Source: Elusimicrobiota bacterium
GTDB taxonomy: Bacteria; Elusimicrobiota; Elusimicrobia; JACQPE01
Length of the DNA: 64,000 nt
Direction: 5' to 3'
Assembly: GCA_042563375.1 (NCBI GenBank)
Contig: JBHPMF010000005.1
Span: forward strand, 3,568-67,567
Both the position numbers and the translations under genes were made by a program. Below, in pieces: positions 43,401 to 49,140 of the stretch; the first letter of the stretch is position 1, and each line of letters begins with the position of its first letter. A model generated the notes under the pieces. The model made no database searches, had not been told where the DNA came from, and worked only from the letters and a program-made list of their open reading frames with translations.

Positions 43401-46400
43401 GCGCGGGGATATGGAACGCCTGATCGGTTCTGACGCCCGGAGAGTATTCTTCTCGCCCGACAGCAGGTTCATAATTGTGCGCTATTGGGACGCCACGGTA
43501 AAAGTCTTCGACCTTGAAGCGCGCAAGGATATGGAACGCCTGATCGGCCACGATGTCCGGCATGCATCCTTCTCACCCGACAGCAGGATCATGGTTGCGC
43601 GCTATGAGGACGAGACAGCAAAAGTCTTTGACCTCGAGGCGCGTGAGGACGTGGAAATACCTACCGGCATTTGCGTCCAGGAAATTACCTTCTCCCCTGA
43701 CAGCAAGTTCGTGATTGCGCGCTATAAAGACAACCCGGCAAAAGTCTTCGACCTTGAAACGCGCAAGGACATGGGAATACAGATTGGCTCTAATATCTGG
43801 GGAATATCCTTCTCGCCCGACAGCAGGTTCATTGTTGGGCGCTATGAGAACGATACGGCAAAAGTTTTCGACCTTGAGGCGCGTAATGACATGGAACACT
43901 TGATCGGCCCTAACGTCCGTAAAGCATCCTTTTCGTCCAATGGCAAATTCATGGCTGTGATCTACAAGGACAATTCGGCAAAAGCCTTCGACCTTGAGGT
44001 GCGCGAGGATATGGAACACTTGATCGGTTCTGACGCCCGGATGGTATTTTTATCACCTGACGGTAGATTTATGGCTGTGCATAGCGAGAATCGCACAGTA
44101 AAAATTTTCGACCTTGAGGCGCGTGAGAGCGTGGAAATGCCGATCGGCCATGACGTCCAGCATGTAACCTTCTCGCCCGACAGCAAATTTATGGTTGCGC
44201 GCTATGAGAACATTCCGGTAAAAGTCTTTGACCTTGAATCTTTCCTGTTCAATCCTGCGCTTAAGCAAGGATCCAAGGCATGGAGAGAAAGCGCTTCTTT
44301 TGGCTTTGAGCTTCTCTACTTGCTTATAAAAAAGGGAATCATCCAAAAAAAAGAAGGTTTCGAGGACTGGTTCTCTTTTCTGCTTGAGCCCATAGAAAGG
44401 ATAAATGAATATACCACAGGCTACAACCGCCCGCACATTTTTAAACTCTTCCAGACAACGGATATCCTTGGTTTTGTCCTTGAGAACGGAGGAGATATAA
44501 AGACTCATATTCTCTTCTATGTTGACATCATAAGAAAGAATAAAAGGCTGGCTCTCCAGGCCCTGGAAGGCCTTTTCGAAGCAATCAGGCAGGGAGTCGT
44601 CTCGATCGAGCTCAGTGAAACAGAGCAGAAGGATATTCTGGCCTTTACCAGGAAAACCAACAGCTTCAATCTGTTTCTTTACCGGATGTATCAGAAAGAG
44701 GGTGAAAAAGGCCTGGCTGAAGCCATTAGATTCGGAGAAACTATCCTGAAAGACGAAGCGGGCTTTGAAGAGATGGCAGCCTTTAAACAAGGAATGGCCC
44801 AAAAGGGCCATGACGCAGAAGAAGTTCTCTTGGCCGTGGCCCAGAAAGCAATCCCCGCCTCAGGAGCCTCTTTCGTTAGTAAGGGTGAGATCAAATACTT
44901 GTTCAGTAGATATCTGGAAGCAGGGGACAGAAGGGGCGATATCCCCAAAGCCCTGAGAAAACTCGGCAGATTCGGCGGCAAATTAATCCGGAAAATAGAA
45001 TGGAGGCTTAAAAAAGGCGAGGTTTTTGATCCTGAGAAGAAAGTCCGGGTTCTGATCTCAAAAATGCGCTATCCCGACAGCGGAAAAGACAAAGCACAGA
45101 AGGAGAAGGATATGGAGGGGGACAGGAAGAGGTTTGTTGGGGAATTGAGGGAGTATTTATCTGTCATCGTGAAGAGCGCCCCCCCTTCTTCACGTAGGAC
45201 TTCCCTCTCTGTCATTGCGAGGAGCAGCAGCGACGAAGCAATCCCAAAAGCGCCCCAAGCCCCGGAGATTGCCACGCTCCATCAGAAAAATGGGGACAGC
45301 CCCTTGGCAGAAGGCAGGGACAGTCCCCGTTTTTCTGAGGGAGCTCACAATAACAGAAGTGTGGATATACCCCATCTTCTCAATTCCTTCCTCTCCTACG
45401 CCCGCTATAACGACCAATTAAACGAAAAAATCGACGCTATACAGACGGAAAGCTATACGAGCCTTGACCTTCTCGATCAGTTGTTCACGGATAAAGACAA
45501 CTTAAGCGTGCTTTTAAGGAAAGTGATAGGCATTGAGTTCAATAACGACGGAAGCAAGGATATAACCAACCAGAAGAAGCTTTTAAAACAGATGAAAGGC
45601 ATATGGGACCACAAAAAGCTCACCGCCCCGGAAAAGAAAGAAAAAGCCCTCAGAGGCTTGATGCATAATTATAAGACGGATGAGCTGATAAGCAAGATGT
45701 TGACCGAAGACCTGGGCCCTGCTTTAAGGGACGCGATAGAGAAGATACTTGCGCAACGCTCTACCCTTCCGATACCTCCCTCCCAGATCATAAAAGACCT
45801 ATTCGAAGAACCGATAGAGACAATAAAAGCGGAAAAAGCCAAATATAAAGAGAAAGTCTCCAAAGACTCGATCAATCTTAAATTCCAGGTTGTTAAAGGC
45901 CCCGCTTATGGGCTTTGGGGATTATTGGCCGGAGTCTGTATAGCCACTGACCTTGAGCTCTGGAAGAAAAAGAATTTCTACCTCCTTGCCATGATAGACG
46001 AGGCGACACAGGAGGCGCTAGGCTTCGTCCATCTGTTTGAGGAAAACGGGATAGAAGGCAAGAAAATACTGGTAATTCCCGGGATAGAGCCAAGCACAGA
46101 GTTCTTAGGCCAGGTAAAAGCCAGAGACCTCTATCCGCTGATCGAAGAGGCTATCGAGCGAATCGCCATTGAAGGCGGTTTTGATGCGGTATATCTTCCT
46201 ACAAGCCCGACCATACACTCAAACAGATCGGATATACAGCAACTAATCAAAAAACAGGATTACAAGAAGCTATCTCTCGGCAAATCCATCTCCTGGAGCG
46301 CACAACCCGCATATCCCATTAGTGAAGTGTATGTGATGTGGGAAAAGTCTTCATCTCCTTCATCCTCCAATTCAAAATTGCTCTTAGCCTTTCTCCCCAT

Positions 46401-48837
46401 CGTCCTCTTGCTCACCTCCATCTTCATGCCCGGCATAAGCGAAGCCGTTCCGCTTTCCAACGAATTCTCTCCCTCCGTCATCCTGAATTTGACTTTGCCG
46501 ATACTTTCCATATTGAGTAAAGGCATGGCGCTGTCCGGTTCTTTTGCTGAGAACAGTATCCAGGATATCTTCTCTTCTCTTTCACCTCGTCACCTCATCA
46601 CCTTATCACCTCATCTATCTTTCTTCCCCCTCCTCGCAGCCGTGGGCCTGAAGAAAACCGCGTTCCTCGACAAACACGGCAGGAAGGTCAGATTTAATCC
46701 CAAGAGGATCAGCTACTCGATCGCGAAATTCGATCCCAAGAAGAAGGATGGGATCATAGTCTCGATGATGGGAGATATGACTCCAAGGATGGTCAAATAT
46801 GATTATCATGATATTATCGATAAATCTCAGTCACATGACAGAAAGCATTGGGCGAGGACTATTAAAGCCAGAGGAGTAAACAACGGCAGGTGGTTCGTTG
46901 TTGTAGACGGACACCGTGTGGCTCCGGGATATGATCATGAAAGCCACGCGAAGTTCAGCAAAGACGGTAAGTATTACGCTGTCATGACCAGCAAGAAGAA
47001 TAAGCATGAATACTATCTGGTGATGGGCCGGACCGATGATATTCTAGGCAGTAAAACCATTGTGAAATTCGACAAGGTCTATAAAGAGCCATGGTTCCTG
47101 GAAGACGGACGACTTGTCCTCAACGCAGAGTTCGAAGGAATAAAGGGCGACTGGGAGATCAATATCCTGTCAAAGCGCGAGGTTGGCAAGCTGAAAAGAC
47201 AGATAAAGAAAGAAAATCGCAAACTAAACAAGGTCCCAAGGGTTGATAAGTCCAAAAGAAAAACCCGCAAAAAAGTGAGGTTCTCCGCTATCGGCAAAGC
47301 GCTCAAAGAGCAGTTGGGAAGGATAACAGGAAAAGGCTCCTCTGGTCCCGCATTCCGGATTTCAGGGAAGGGGTTGACAAAAAAGCAGCATAAGGCGATC
47401 AACCTGCTGATAGAGCAAGCTTTCAGGCAGGATGCGGTAACGCTTCTGCATCCCTCTGAGCAATTAAAGGAAGCTCTCCTTAAATACAGGAAGGAGAGCA
47501 CTAATGCCTCATGGAACGAGGTCTTGTATCAGATACAGTCGAATGAGGATGAAGAATACCTGGAATATGATCCTGAAGGCGAATATCTCGCTAATGGCAC
47601 GCAAGTTTATGTTATCAGCGCCGGAGAACGTGCCATAGAGATGTATTCGAAGTATGTCGGCGTGAGCGCGCCTGTTGACTTGGCAGTCCATGCAGGAAGA
47701 TCAAGAAACCAGGTCTATTATTTCGGCCATCAAAAACAGCTTGTGCGGGATCTTTCGGAGCATGAGCGAAAGCTGATAGCCAGGCATGAGGTGGAACATA
47801 TAAAAAATCCGGATAAATCGGAGAAAGAAATAAAAGCTATCGCTCCATTGCCGGAAAGGATAAGCATTGAGAAAAGCCAATGGTACTTCAATTTTGAAGC
47901 TGAAGAGATGTTCAAAGAAATGATGCTTAAGAAGCTGGAAACGCTTCCGCATGCCAACAAGCATGCACAGCTGTATAGATCAGGAAGATTAAAGATCTCG
48001 ATCGAGAAGATCGGTAGCGGCGCATTTGGTCAATTTGACTCTTCCAATCCATCATGGGTATCTCTGAACGAGAATGCTATAGGAAATACCATCAGAGATC
48101 TGATGGTATTGGGTTATTCTGAAAAGCAAGCGCTTGAATACGCCAGCTGGTTGTGGGTCACGACATTGATACATGAAGCTCAGCACAGGCTGCAATACAG
48201 CGAGATCGCGAGGATCACAGGCCATAATCCGAGTTATGCAATAGAAAGCGAGATAGGCGCGCATGCTGCTGAGGTGGTTCTTGCTAACACAGTACTGAGA
48301 TCGCTCCCGGCAGATGTCCGGTGGACTCAGATCGGGCAGGCAAAAGAATCCTCTTTTGCAGCTTATGAGCGCGGTCCGGCGAATTTTAAAGAATATGTTG
48401 TTTCAATGCATCCCTCCTTTCCTTCCCTTGATGACGTGAGCGCGTCATGGGTACCCAAACTTAATGCCTACTATGAGAGCGAATTCAAGGAATATGAAAG
48501 AATTTTTGAAGATGTCAGGCTGAAACCGAGTTTTATTTCCATGTTTCTGATCAATCCGCGTCCTTCGAAGGTGTATGGCGCGATGTCCAAGTATCAAAAA
48601 AAGCAGGCAAGTAAGGCCCTGAAAGAGTTTATGATCGGGAGTGAAAAATTGGGCAGGGGCCTATATTCCAAGAGCGTGAATGGCAAATGGCAGTTAATAG
48701 TGCAGATTAACCCCAGAAACGGGTTTGGAAGCGTCTTATATCTCGGCCCAAAGAAATCCTACACGCCGAAAAAGAGTATCGGAAAGAAGCCTTCAGCCAA
48801 AAAACACCCCCGCCGCAAAACCGCAAAACAAATCTAA
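28444..48837 (+). CDS. Giant modular protein, part 2 (6,797 aa as annotated; probably continuous with ORF1)
   Basis: Uninterrupted 20.4-kb ORF with HEAT, NHL, WD40-like and HExxH modules all in frame. No Shine-Dalgarno lies before ATG 28444, and the annotated N-terminus (MAVSDSSSGF) lacks a signal. Confidence 0.9.
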   Translation: MAVSDSSSGFLSFLSPQLFPPPLSVILRVLHSFSDGGNLIPDLFSFSPSLFALSLFSSLSPQPSALLGLGLLAMVQTKKTLPSPYDIPADSPEQRQKIAQAALFLSMWIPAVESSDIGVRAGALSGAGELIQIFPEKKEWMFELVKKGVNSTKPVSRAALTSLGKIARVMPEKADEILDILRKGMRMNDWHVRQAAALGLGSAAQVMPEKADVIWEIMTTSMKDVSAYQQTAFASLGGIARAMPDKQDEILAILKRGMQHTDWYVQRAAGLSVKDIVQSMPNKAEEIFYMTTKIEEEGAMIGVFAGLGAIAQAMPERKAKFWDMVSKGMKGAWYMRQATLFGLEHMVQAMPDKAVEILDIVSNAMESSNSETQEGAVSVLGSLARSLPEKSEEIWKLMKRGMKDESSKVQQTAVSNLREIVRAMPEKEGEFLDMVKKGMTGTGLKSWQAAFVLGEMAQILDPTSLRDLWSYVEQNVPDPKLRIHAYQAVSHIADETSDKDMGIAAMIQSKSMPDILSDILPDSPEQRQKIAQAARFLGMWASAMESPDEDVRVGALSSLRELAQVIPEQRSWMFEMAKKGMEDDSARIWHTALLVLADMTRSMPDKADEIWEIVNKEIKNSDRRIRQTAILSLGSLAETMPGKSDEILEIVGKEINDDDWKIRKTAVSVLESMARSMPERSDDIWKMAIKAMEDEDGYVRQEAVVGLISRVMPEKAEEIWEIAKKAMQDDDWHKRQAIVSRLGDIARIMPDKAKKIWEMARKGMEDNDWRVRRAAASSLGDMVQTMPGNSSMIWKIASKGMEDAIWLVREAAFSSLGGIVQVMPKKRDDIWRMVRESMKKSDLYENRSKQRAVLSNLGDIVRAMPEKAEDIWEIVSKEMWYADPDTRRAAVSILGDIAQGMPEKTNEILEMLVKEMGSFNGHTRQAAASSLWDIAKAMPERADEILEIVSSKIQHGDRYVHQAVALSFGDMAQASDHASLRELWHYVQQNVPDPKLRIHAYQTVSHIADRTSGKDMAQDKNMSAAFPGIPMDSPEQGQKTAQAARFLSMWVDSMESSDENIKDAVLFSLGKLVRIFPEQGARMFEMVREGMGSDDWNARQAALSSLAGMAQVMPEKADEILNMVDEGTRDVFEPAQKAALSSLADIAKILPEKLGRILEIVNREMRNQRDPKMQQAAGSVFRNIALSMPERGEEIWETVIRNMKDDDRTVRNTAFLSLGSIARTLPEKAEEIWKLAHGEMKNNYMIARKAAFSNFGDIARVMPEKAEEIRKIVVEEIKDDDPHTRKIAFSILSDLAPILPEKAGEMLVMAGKGLEDKDSRVRMAAVLSLGHIAKAMPGSPEEILDMARKGLGDNFDDVRIAAFSILGNVAEILPEKADEILEIVSKGMKEDNWDLRHAAVSSLGDIARALPEKSEEILNIVDKGMEADEWQTQQASALSLGSIVPVMSDKSEKIWEMTEKAMRDPDMHEEQAILLSLGNIARTMPEKTGEILDMVSKSMENDDWSVQRTAIISLGDILLALEPESLKALWSYTQRAVSDVRLYNRAYEIMSRMTKESANWQEDFSETYLPIFQNASSMLKKIEPEKQEIIVSLEIEGKTKRSFLKALSAQELKAMAYLERLRDPALAPALGHLEELLKLKMVRKKRSALRALWGVFVLVNKEVISPKNAQNLLSSITKDNLPHAKDLLSSMAYGNADLRQGFDLDKLLDDNDADYHSLLGSWLKHLKEKLFKNFDLTQDQKKILEKSLKDNPSAWLESGLFSSLALHASFLEKEGLRSLKALVLDLTQSPASEDKDRFVYKKRYAEVEKAFKDHPKFLKAWMQEYVSSPSSSFPSPLEGEGRVRGPSSNKVSEEPTINWAQHLAQIKDHLGIKTADDIEQAFAFKTKDLKEKLSSDQVSEDLQRFISQAPMLSNYLDGFIPSLKVIVENLEQNRAPPKEAVSTLLPLLSKPDLMKHVLPDAGNTFTDIKNLNTEIKAFNAPKTRENSSPLRLEVTDDPSAMILMGAEPMPTCQNCKEEKGHTKKGELVNRLRLGQVKLANIYQENTLVARTVVEAGFNDKGKPALLVERLYTLPGKKLGVSEIESLIMSFAVHLKAETVFWGNGHSTWSLKNQKTQTKPYKLLPQRGLKIYRDSFGKDGGKAVSVPIIKNSKLRIKNYSFLPWFLAPAIALLAFLGIPGASEAASSVSESVLNFSFLSSSVIPAKAGIQTLFSFSLSLLSLSLIPLLAMVQAKKAPMDLSDIPADSPEQRQKIAQAALFLSMWIPAVESSDISVRAGALSGVGELIQIFPEKKQWMFELVKKGVNNSRLAFETITKPVSRAALTSLGKIARVMPEKADEILDILRKGMRMNDWHVRQAAALSLGSVAQVMPEKADVIWEIMTTSMKDISAYQQTAFASLGGIAQAMPDKQDEILAILKRGMQHTDWHVQKAAGLSLGDIIQAMPEKAEEIFDMAEKIRADHEDSLGAFAGLGGIVQAMPEKRADIWDMVNKGMRGAWYVRQATFFGLKHMVTAMPEKAEEIFDLVAKGMRSRNLDVQIAAASVLGSLAQALPEKSDEIWELAKIGVEDDAWKVRQSAISSLGQIVRAEPKRAGEILDLVNRSITDPGLEAWQDVLGEMAHLLDPASIRDVWSHVEHKVADPRLRVHALEAVSHMMNETSGKDTDIAVMIRDENTREAFPDIYMDSQEQRQEITRAARFLSMWIQASESADASIKVGALSASGKVAQHLPEEARPWMLEMVKGGVEDADQRVRQAAMLSMIILAQVIPERAGEIWEMAKDGMGDADWSVRRAAASTLGSMFKHMPERADEIWEMVKRDRENSDRDVRQAAILNLDSMVQHMPERAGEIWEMAKAGMEDDDWHVREAAALSLGSIARAMPEKSDEIFRVVKKGMRDDVRSVQEASALNLGDLAAAMPQKADEILKMVKEDAQDNSLYVQRAAVLTLGSLAAAMPENADEIWEMAKKSMGNNNWRVRQAAVSNLGMLAQAMPHRANEIWEMITREMGDDYWVMRYAAASALGSMVKAMPEKADEILEMIKKGVEDNSWDVRQAAVSALGDVMQTTNPSSLRALLDYTRQRVPRAKLHSHALKVISRLAKESSGWKKTLSKDYLPIFQGISSMLKKIEPERQEIIVALDIEGKTKRSFLKNLSVQELKAMAYLERLRNPDLAPSLERLEELLKNRKIRKSRAVRRALWGVFILVNKKVISPRNAQVLLDAIDMDNLSQARDFLGTLAYGNVKLRQGFNLAGALSNGKADYQTLFQSWLEHLKEKLLKDFNLTKEQKDTLGKSLKKHHSAWLETGLLSNLVLHSSFLNGTGLKTVKALVLDLAQSPVSKDGSRFVHKKRYEKIKQAFKNHPKFLKAWMQEYSSPPHSSPRPLRERASEARVRGTSADKVSEEPITNWPMHLAQIKDHLNIESADELERSFASKIKELKEKLQSDQVNADLERFMPQAEMLSNYLDGFIPSLKVIVENLEQNRAPPKQAISTLFPLLSKPDLMKHVLPDTGNTFQDIKNLNEELKALQAPKTPTNTSSLRLDVTDDPAVMILMGDEPMPTCQNYKEAKGHTRSGELVNRSRLGQIKLANIFQGGVLVARTVVEAGLDDKGKPALFVERLYTLPGKKINISEVESLIMSYAGHIRANTVYWGNHHGTWTLKKQKTQAKSYELLPQHGLSIYRDSFGKDGGEAPASVVAATGKNKRKGSTMLLPLIALALASGFLALLGLPEAASVGSAAAIEPTPSVILNLIQDLFFFPPSLFILPLLSLSALVAQCLSGFFSSSFPFLGLGIVTSAMIPPSLHSILSWLKALSSIDPKTAQSKRKQSKIRKLRQLISERDPKIWDKQVYVGTIGAGERSTWNPEGFSFPWGITLDGQGNIYVADTRANRIQMLDKNGERIKTIGTGRPTKSKNGFNGPVAAALDKRGNLYVSDAQNHRVQKFSKNGKYLGMMGTGKIEWGKEGFNGPHGIAVDSRNNIYIADSGNSRIQVFDENMEYIDMIGTGFIASDNNGFNSPHGIAVDIYDNVYVADTRNHRIQKFDKNWKYVSTIGLGTRTSRKKGLDSPYSIAVDKWGNIYVADAGNQRVQKFGKNGKYLSATGTGEDTARSEEFDDPNGVAVDADGDLYVADTSNHRIQSYALLANMLIPELLKMPESEWGRLLDRIETLIVSHPYFASWLVNSEDIAEALDTLENMSVAIRNMERERRDMILSQEYFPKTDRKFLKTLTVEELRVLVRLERLWNPSVMNDRVMDKLEHLLQQKYVRKKRSALRAVWGAIVLSGTGELSSKNLETAFVSMTKANMNQAKDFFNSLAFGGSGLEEDFDINKAIKNSKQGGIIDFSSAIDLWTAYLSKEMFEDLKFTKKEKNTIKSSLKTRYIAWLSSNFYSNLMIHSSFLNDTNGRRSLKALLLDLAKSPVSKDRERFIYKKRYDQVKKAFRNHPKFLKAWMQEYVSSPSSSFPSPLEGEGRVRGPSSNKVSEEPTINWAQHLAQIKDHLGIESADDIELAFALKTKELKEKLSSDQISEDLEMFMPQAEMLSNYLDGFIPSLKVIVEGLEQNRAPPREAFSTLLPLLSKPDLMKHVLPDASNTFTDIKNLNDEVKALSPPPSLPHQGGGKRQREDNSSLRLEVTDDPSVMLLMGAEPMPTCQDYSELKLQTGNGDLLNRLRLGQIKLANISQGDALVARTVVEAGFDDKGEPALFVERLYTLPGKKIRVSEIESLIMSFAGHLNAETVFWGGGHGTWSLKNQKTQTRSYKLLPQQGLTIYRDSFSKDGGKTVSVPVIKNSKLRIKNYSFLPWVLAPAIALLAFFGLSSIGEAAAMVSRAANAVDAGPLSLLSILVGTLGLGLTGVLGSVMPDAPAHSKEHAEKAIEALKRLNIAATDATAFFSPDSRFMVARLKNNTIKVFDLEAREDMEHLIGLNVRHVSFSLDSKFMIAYSGNLTARVFNLETRVDMGMSIDYAVEEVSFSPNNRFMAVRKLRGGTKVFDLEARGDMERLIGSDARRVFFSPDSRFIIVRYWDATVKVFDLEARKDMERLIGHDVRHASFSPDSRIMVARYEDETAKVFDLEAREDVEIPTGICVQEITFSPDSKFVIARYKDNPAKVFDLETRKDMGIQIGSNIWGISFSPDSRFIVGRYENDTAKVFDLEARNDMEHLIGPNVRKASFSSNGKFMAVIYKDNSAKAFDLEVREDMEHLIGSDARMVFLSPDGRFMAVHSENRTVKIFDLEARESVEMPIGHDVQHVTFSPDSKFMVARYENIPVKVFDLESFLFNPALKQGSKAWRESASFGFELLYLLIKKGIIQKKEGFEDWFSFLLEPIERINEYTTGYNRPHIFKLFQTTDILGFVLENGGDIKTHILFYVDIIRKNKRLALQALEGLFEAIRQGVVSIELSETEQKDILAFTRKTNSFNLFLYRMYQKEGEKGLAEAIRFGETILKDEAGFEEMAAFKQGMAQKGHDAEEVLLAVAQKAIPASGASFVSKGEIKYLFSRYLEAGDRRGDIPKALRKLGRFGGKLIRKIEWRLKKGEVFDPEKKVRVLISKMRYPDSGKDKAQKEKDMEGDRKRFVGELREYLSVIVKSAPPSSRRTSLSVIARSSSDEAIPKAPQAPEIATLHQKNGDSPLAEGRDSPRFSEGAHNNRSVDIPHLLNSFLSYARYNDQLNEKIDAIQTESYTSLDLLDQLFTDKDNLSVLLRKVIGIEFNNDGSKDITNQKKLLKQMKGIWDHKKLTAPEKKEKALRGLMHNYKTDELISKMLTEDLGPALRDAIEKILAQRSTLPIPPSQIIKDLFEEPIETIKAEKAKYKEKVSKDSINLKFQVVKGPAYGLWGLLAGVCIATDLELWKKKNFYLLAMIDEATQEALGFVHLFEENGIEGKKILVIPGIEPSTEFLGQVKARDLYPLIEEAIERIAIEGGFDAVYLPTSPTIHSNRSDIQQLIKKQDYKKLSLGKSISWSAQPAYPISEVYVMWEKSSSPSSSNSKLLLAFLPIVLLLTSIFMPGISEAVPLSNEFSPSVILNLTLPILSILSKGMALSGSFAENSIQDIFSSLSPRHLITLSPHLSFFPLLAAVGLKKTAFLDKHGRKVRFNPKRISYSIAKFDPKKKDGIIVSMMGDMTPRMVKYDYHDIIDKSQSHDRKHWARTIKARGVNNGRWFVVVDGHRVAPGYDHESHAKFSKDGKYYAVMTSKKNKHEYYLVMGRTDDILGSKTIVKFDKVYKEPWFLEDGRLVLNAEFEGIKGDWEINILSKREVGKLKRQIKKENRKLNKVPRVDKSKRKTRKKVRFSAIGKALKEQLGRITGKGSSGPAFRISGKGLTKKQHKAINLLIEQAFRQDAVTLLHPSEQLKEALLKYRKESTNASWNEVLYQIQSNEDEEYLEYDPEGEYLANGTQVYVISAGERAIEMYSKYVGVSAPVDLAVHAGRSRNQVYYFGHQKQLVRDLSEHERKLIARHEVEHIKNPDKSEKEIKAIAPLPERISIEKSQWYFNFEAEEMFKEMMLKKLETLPHANKHAQLYRSGRLKISIEKIGSGAFGQFDSSNPSWVSLNENAIGNTIRDLMVLGYSEKQALEYASWLWVTTLIHEAQHRLQYSEIARITGHNPSYAIESEIGAHAAEVVLANTVLRSLPADVRWTQIGQAKESSFAAYERGPANFKEYVVSMHPSFPSLDDVSASWVPKLNAYYESEFKEYERIFEDVRLKPSFISMFLINPRPSKVYGAMSKYQKKQASKALKEFMIGSEKLGRGLYSKSVNGKWQLIVQINPRNGFGSVLYLGPKKSYTPKKSIGKKPSAKKHPRRKTAKQI
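28690..33010 (+). repeat. Three consecutive HEAT super-arrays (about 38-aa units)
   Basis: Unit MPEKADEILDILRKGMRMNDWHVRQAAALGLGSAAQV. Each array opens with a DSPEQRQKIAQAA.FL.MW header (28711, 30008, 31536) and closes with SL[RK].LW.Y[VT][EQ]..V.D.[KR]L..HAY. Confidence 0.85.
33110..34880 (+). other. Unknown 'T' module, copy 1 of 3
   Basis: About 590 aa, from YLPIFQNASSMLKKIEPEKQEII to IYRDSFGKDGG. Repeated at 37732-39500 and (from FLKTLTVEEL) at 41068-42775. Contains TDDPSAMILMGAEPMPTCQN and FWGNGHSTW. Confidence 0.6.
34915..34995 (+). repeat. Conserved TM/signal-like element H10
   Basis: YSFLPWFLAPAIALLAFLGIPGASEAA, followed by a palindrome-derived spacer and a second helix LSLLSLSLIPLLAMV, then QAKK. 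Confidence 0.8.
35150..37650 (+). repeat. Two further HEAT super-arrays
   Basis: Headers at 35175 and 36493. The stretch 35176-35700 is nearly identical at nucleotide level to 28711-29230, apart from a short insertion (NNSRLAFETIT versus NST). Confidence 0.85.
37732..39500 (+). other. Unknown 'T' module, copy 2
   Basis: Collinear with T1 (YLPIFQGISSMLKKIEPERQEII ... IYRDSFGKDGG). Confidence 0.6.
39544..39624 (+). repeat. Conserved TM/signal-like element H11 (divergent)
   Basis: STMLLPLIALALASGFLALLGLPEAAS, followed by a GTCATCCTGAA palindrome and hydrophobic low-complexity sequence. Confidence 0.7.
39966..40838 (+). repeat. Six NHL repeats (six-bladed beta-propeller)
   Basis: Six units of the form F..P.G[IV]A[VL]D..GN[IL]YVAD..N.R[IV]Q.F, e.g. 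NIYVADTRANRIQML, NLYVSDAQNHRVQKF, NIYIADSGNSRIQVF, NVYVADTRNHRIQKF, NIYVADAGNQRVQKF, DLYVADTSNHRIQSY. Confidence 0.9.
41068..42775 (+). other. Unknown 'T' module, copy 3
   Basis: Collinear with T1 and T2. The stretch 41740-41910 is nearly identical at nucleotide level to 33870-34040. Confidence 0.6.
42805..42885 (+). repeat. Conserved TM/signal-like element H12
   Basis: YSFLPWVLAPAIALLAFFGLSSIGEAA, followed by a second helix LSLLSILVGTLGLGLTGVLGSV. Confidence 0.8.
43078..44244 (+). repeat. Ten tandem 40-aa WD40-like repeats
   Basis: Very regular 120-nt period: FSPDSRF[MI]VARY.D.TAKVFDLEAR.DME.LIG.DVR.. . It matches the WD40 FSPDG...D.T.K.WD pattern, with VFD in place of LWD. Confidence 0.75.
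45170..45340 (+). repeat. In-frame linker built from REP-type palindromes
   Basis: gtcattgcgaggagcagcagcgacgaagcaatc (45208-45248) and gggacagcccc...gggacagtcccc (45291-45335), translated as SVIARSSSDEAIP...GDSPLAEGRDSPRF. Confidence 0.7.
46372..46449 (+). repeat. Conserved TM/signal-like element H13 (divergent)
   Basis: SKLLLAFLPIVLLLTSIFMPGISEAV, followed by a palindrome-derived spacer and a second helix LSFFPLLAAVGL, then KK. Confidence 0.7.
47344..48834 (+). other. HExxH metallopeptidase-like module M2 (C-terminus of ORF2)
   Basis: GPAFRISGKGLTKKQHK ... HEAQH at 48172-48186 ... LYLGPKKSYTPKK. Collinear with M1. A second HExxH (HEVEH) occurs only in this copy. Confidence 0.6.
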
Positions 48838-48858
48838 GAATCCATTATTATTTCTGTT

Positions 48859-48945
48859 GGTCTAGCTTCTATTTACCATTCCCCCTCTTTTGCTAATCCA
48901 TCACTTGATGAGACTTAAGACCCAGCAAATCTGCCCTCCAGACTC
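48859..48945 (+). promoter_or_regulatory. Conserved upstream element, copy D
   Basis: GGTCTAGCTTCTATTTACCATTCCCCCTCTTTTGCTAATCCATCACTTGATGAGACTTAAGACCC..AATCTGCCC..AGACTC. Lies 22 nt after the ORF2 stop and about 196 nt upstream of the ankyrin gene, co-oriented. Confidence 0.6.
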
Positions 48946-49009
48946 AATACAGAGTCGGAATTCATTGGGAAAATAGAGATAGATCATTGTGTCAGGCATC
49001 GCCCAGTAT

Positions 49010-49098
49010 GTCATCCTGAATTTATCGGGACGATGCCGATTTATTGAGTTAAGGACCTGTGCTATTTTCTGCTAATGAGAAATAGTGTTCAGGATGAC
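49010..49098. repeat. Perfect 11-bp inverted repeat GTCATCCTGAA / TTCAGGATGAC flanking 67 nt
   Basis: Same terminal sequence as the in-frame VILNLIQDL palindromes at 26207-26236, 26357-26386, 39658-39687 and 46475-46500. Confidence 0.8.
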
Positions 49099-49140
49099 AG
49101 CAAGAGGCGAGACTTAAATTAAACAAAAGGAGAAAAACAA

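Noticed and set aside
43078-44244. Regular 120-nt periodic repeats (and 99-nt repeats at 24239-25003) as a possible CRISPR array
   Set aside because: The repeat-plus-spacer structure is absent: the whole unit varies gradually and is in-frame coding (WD40-like and 33-aa protein repeats). There are no cas genes.
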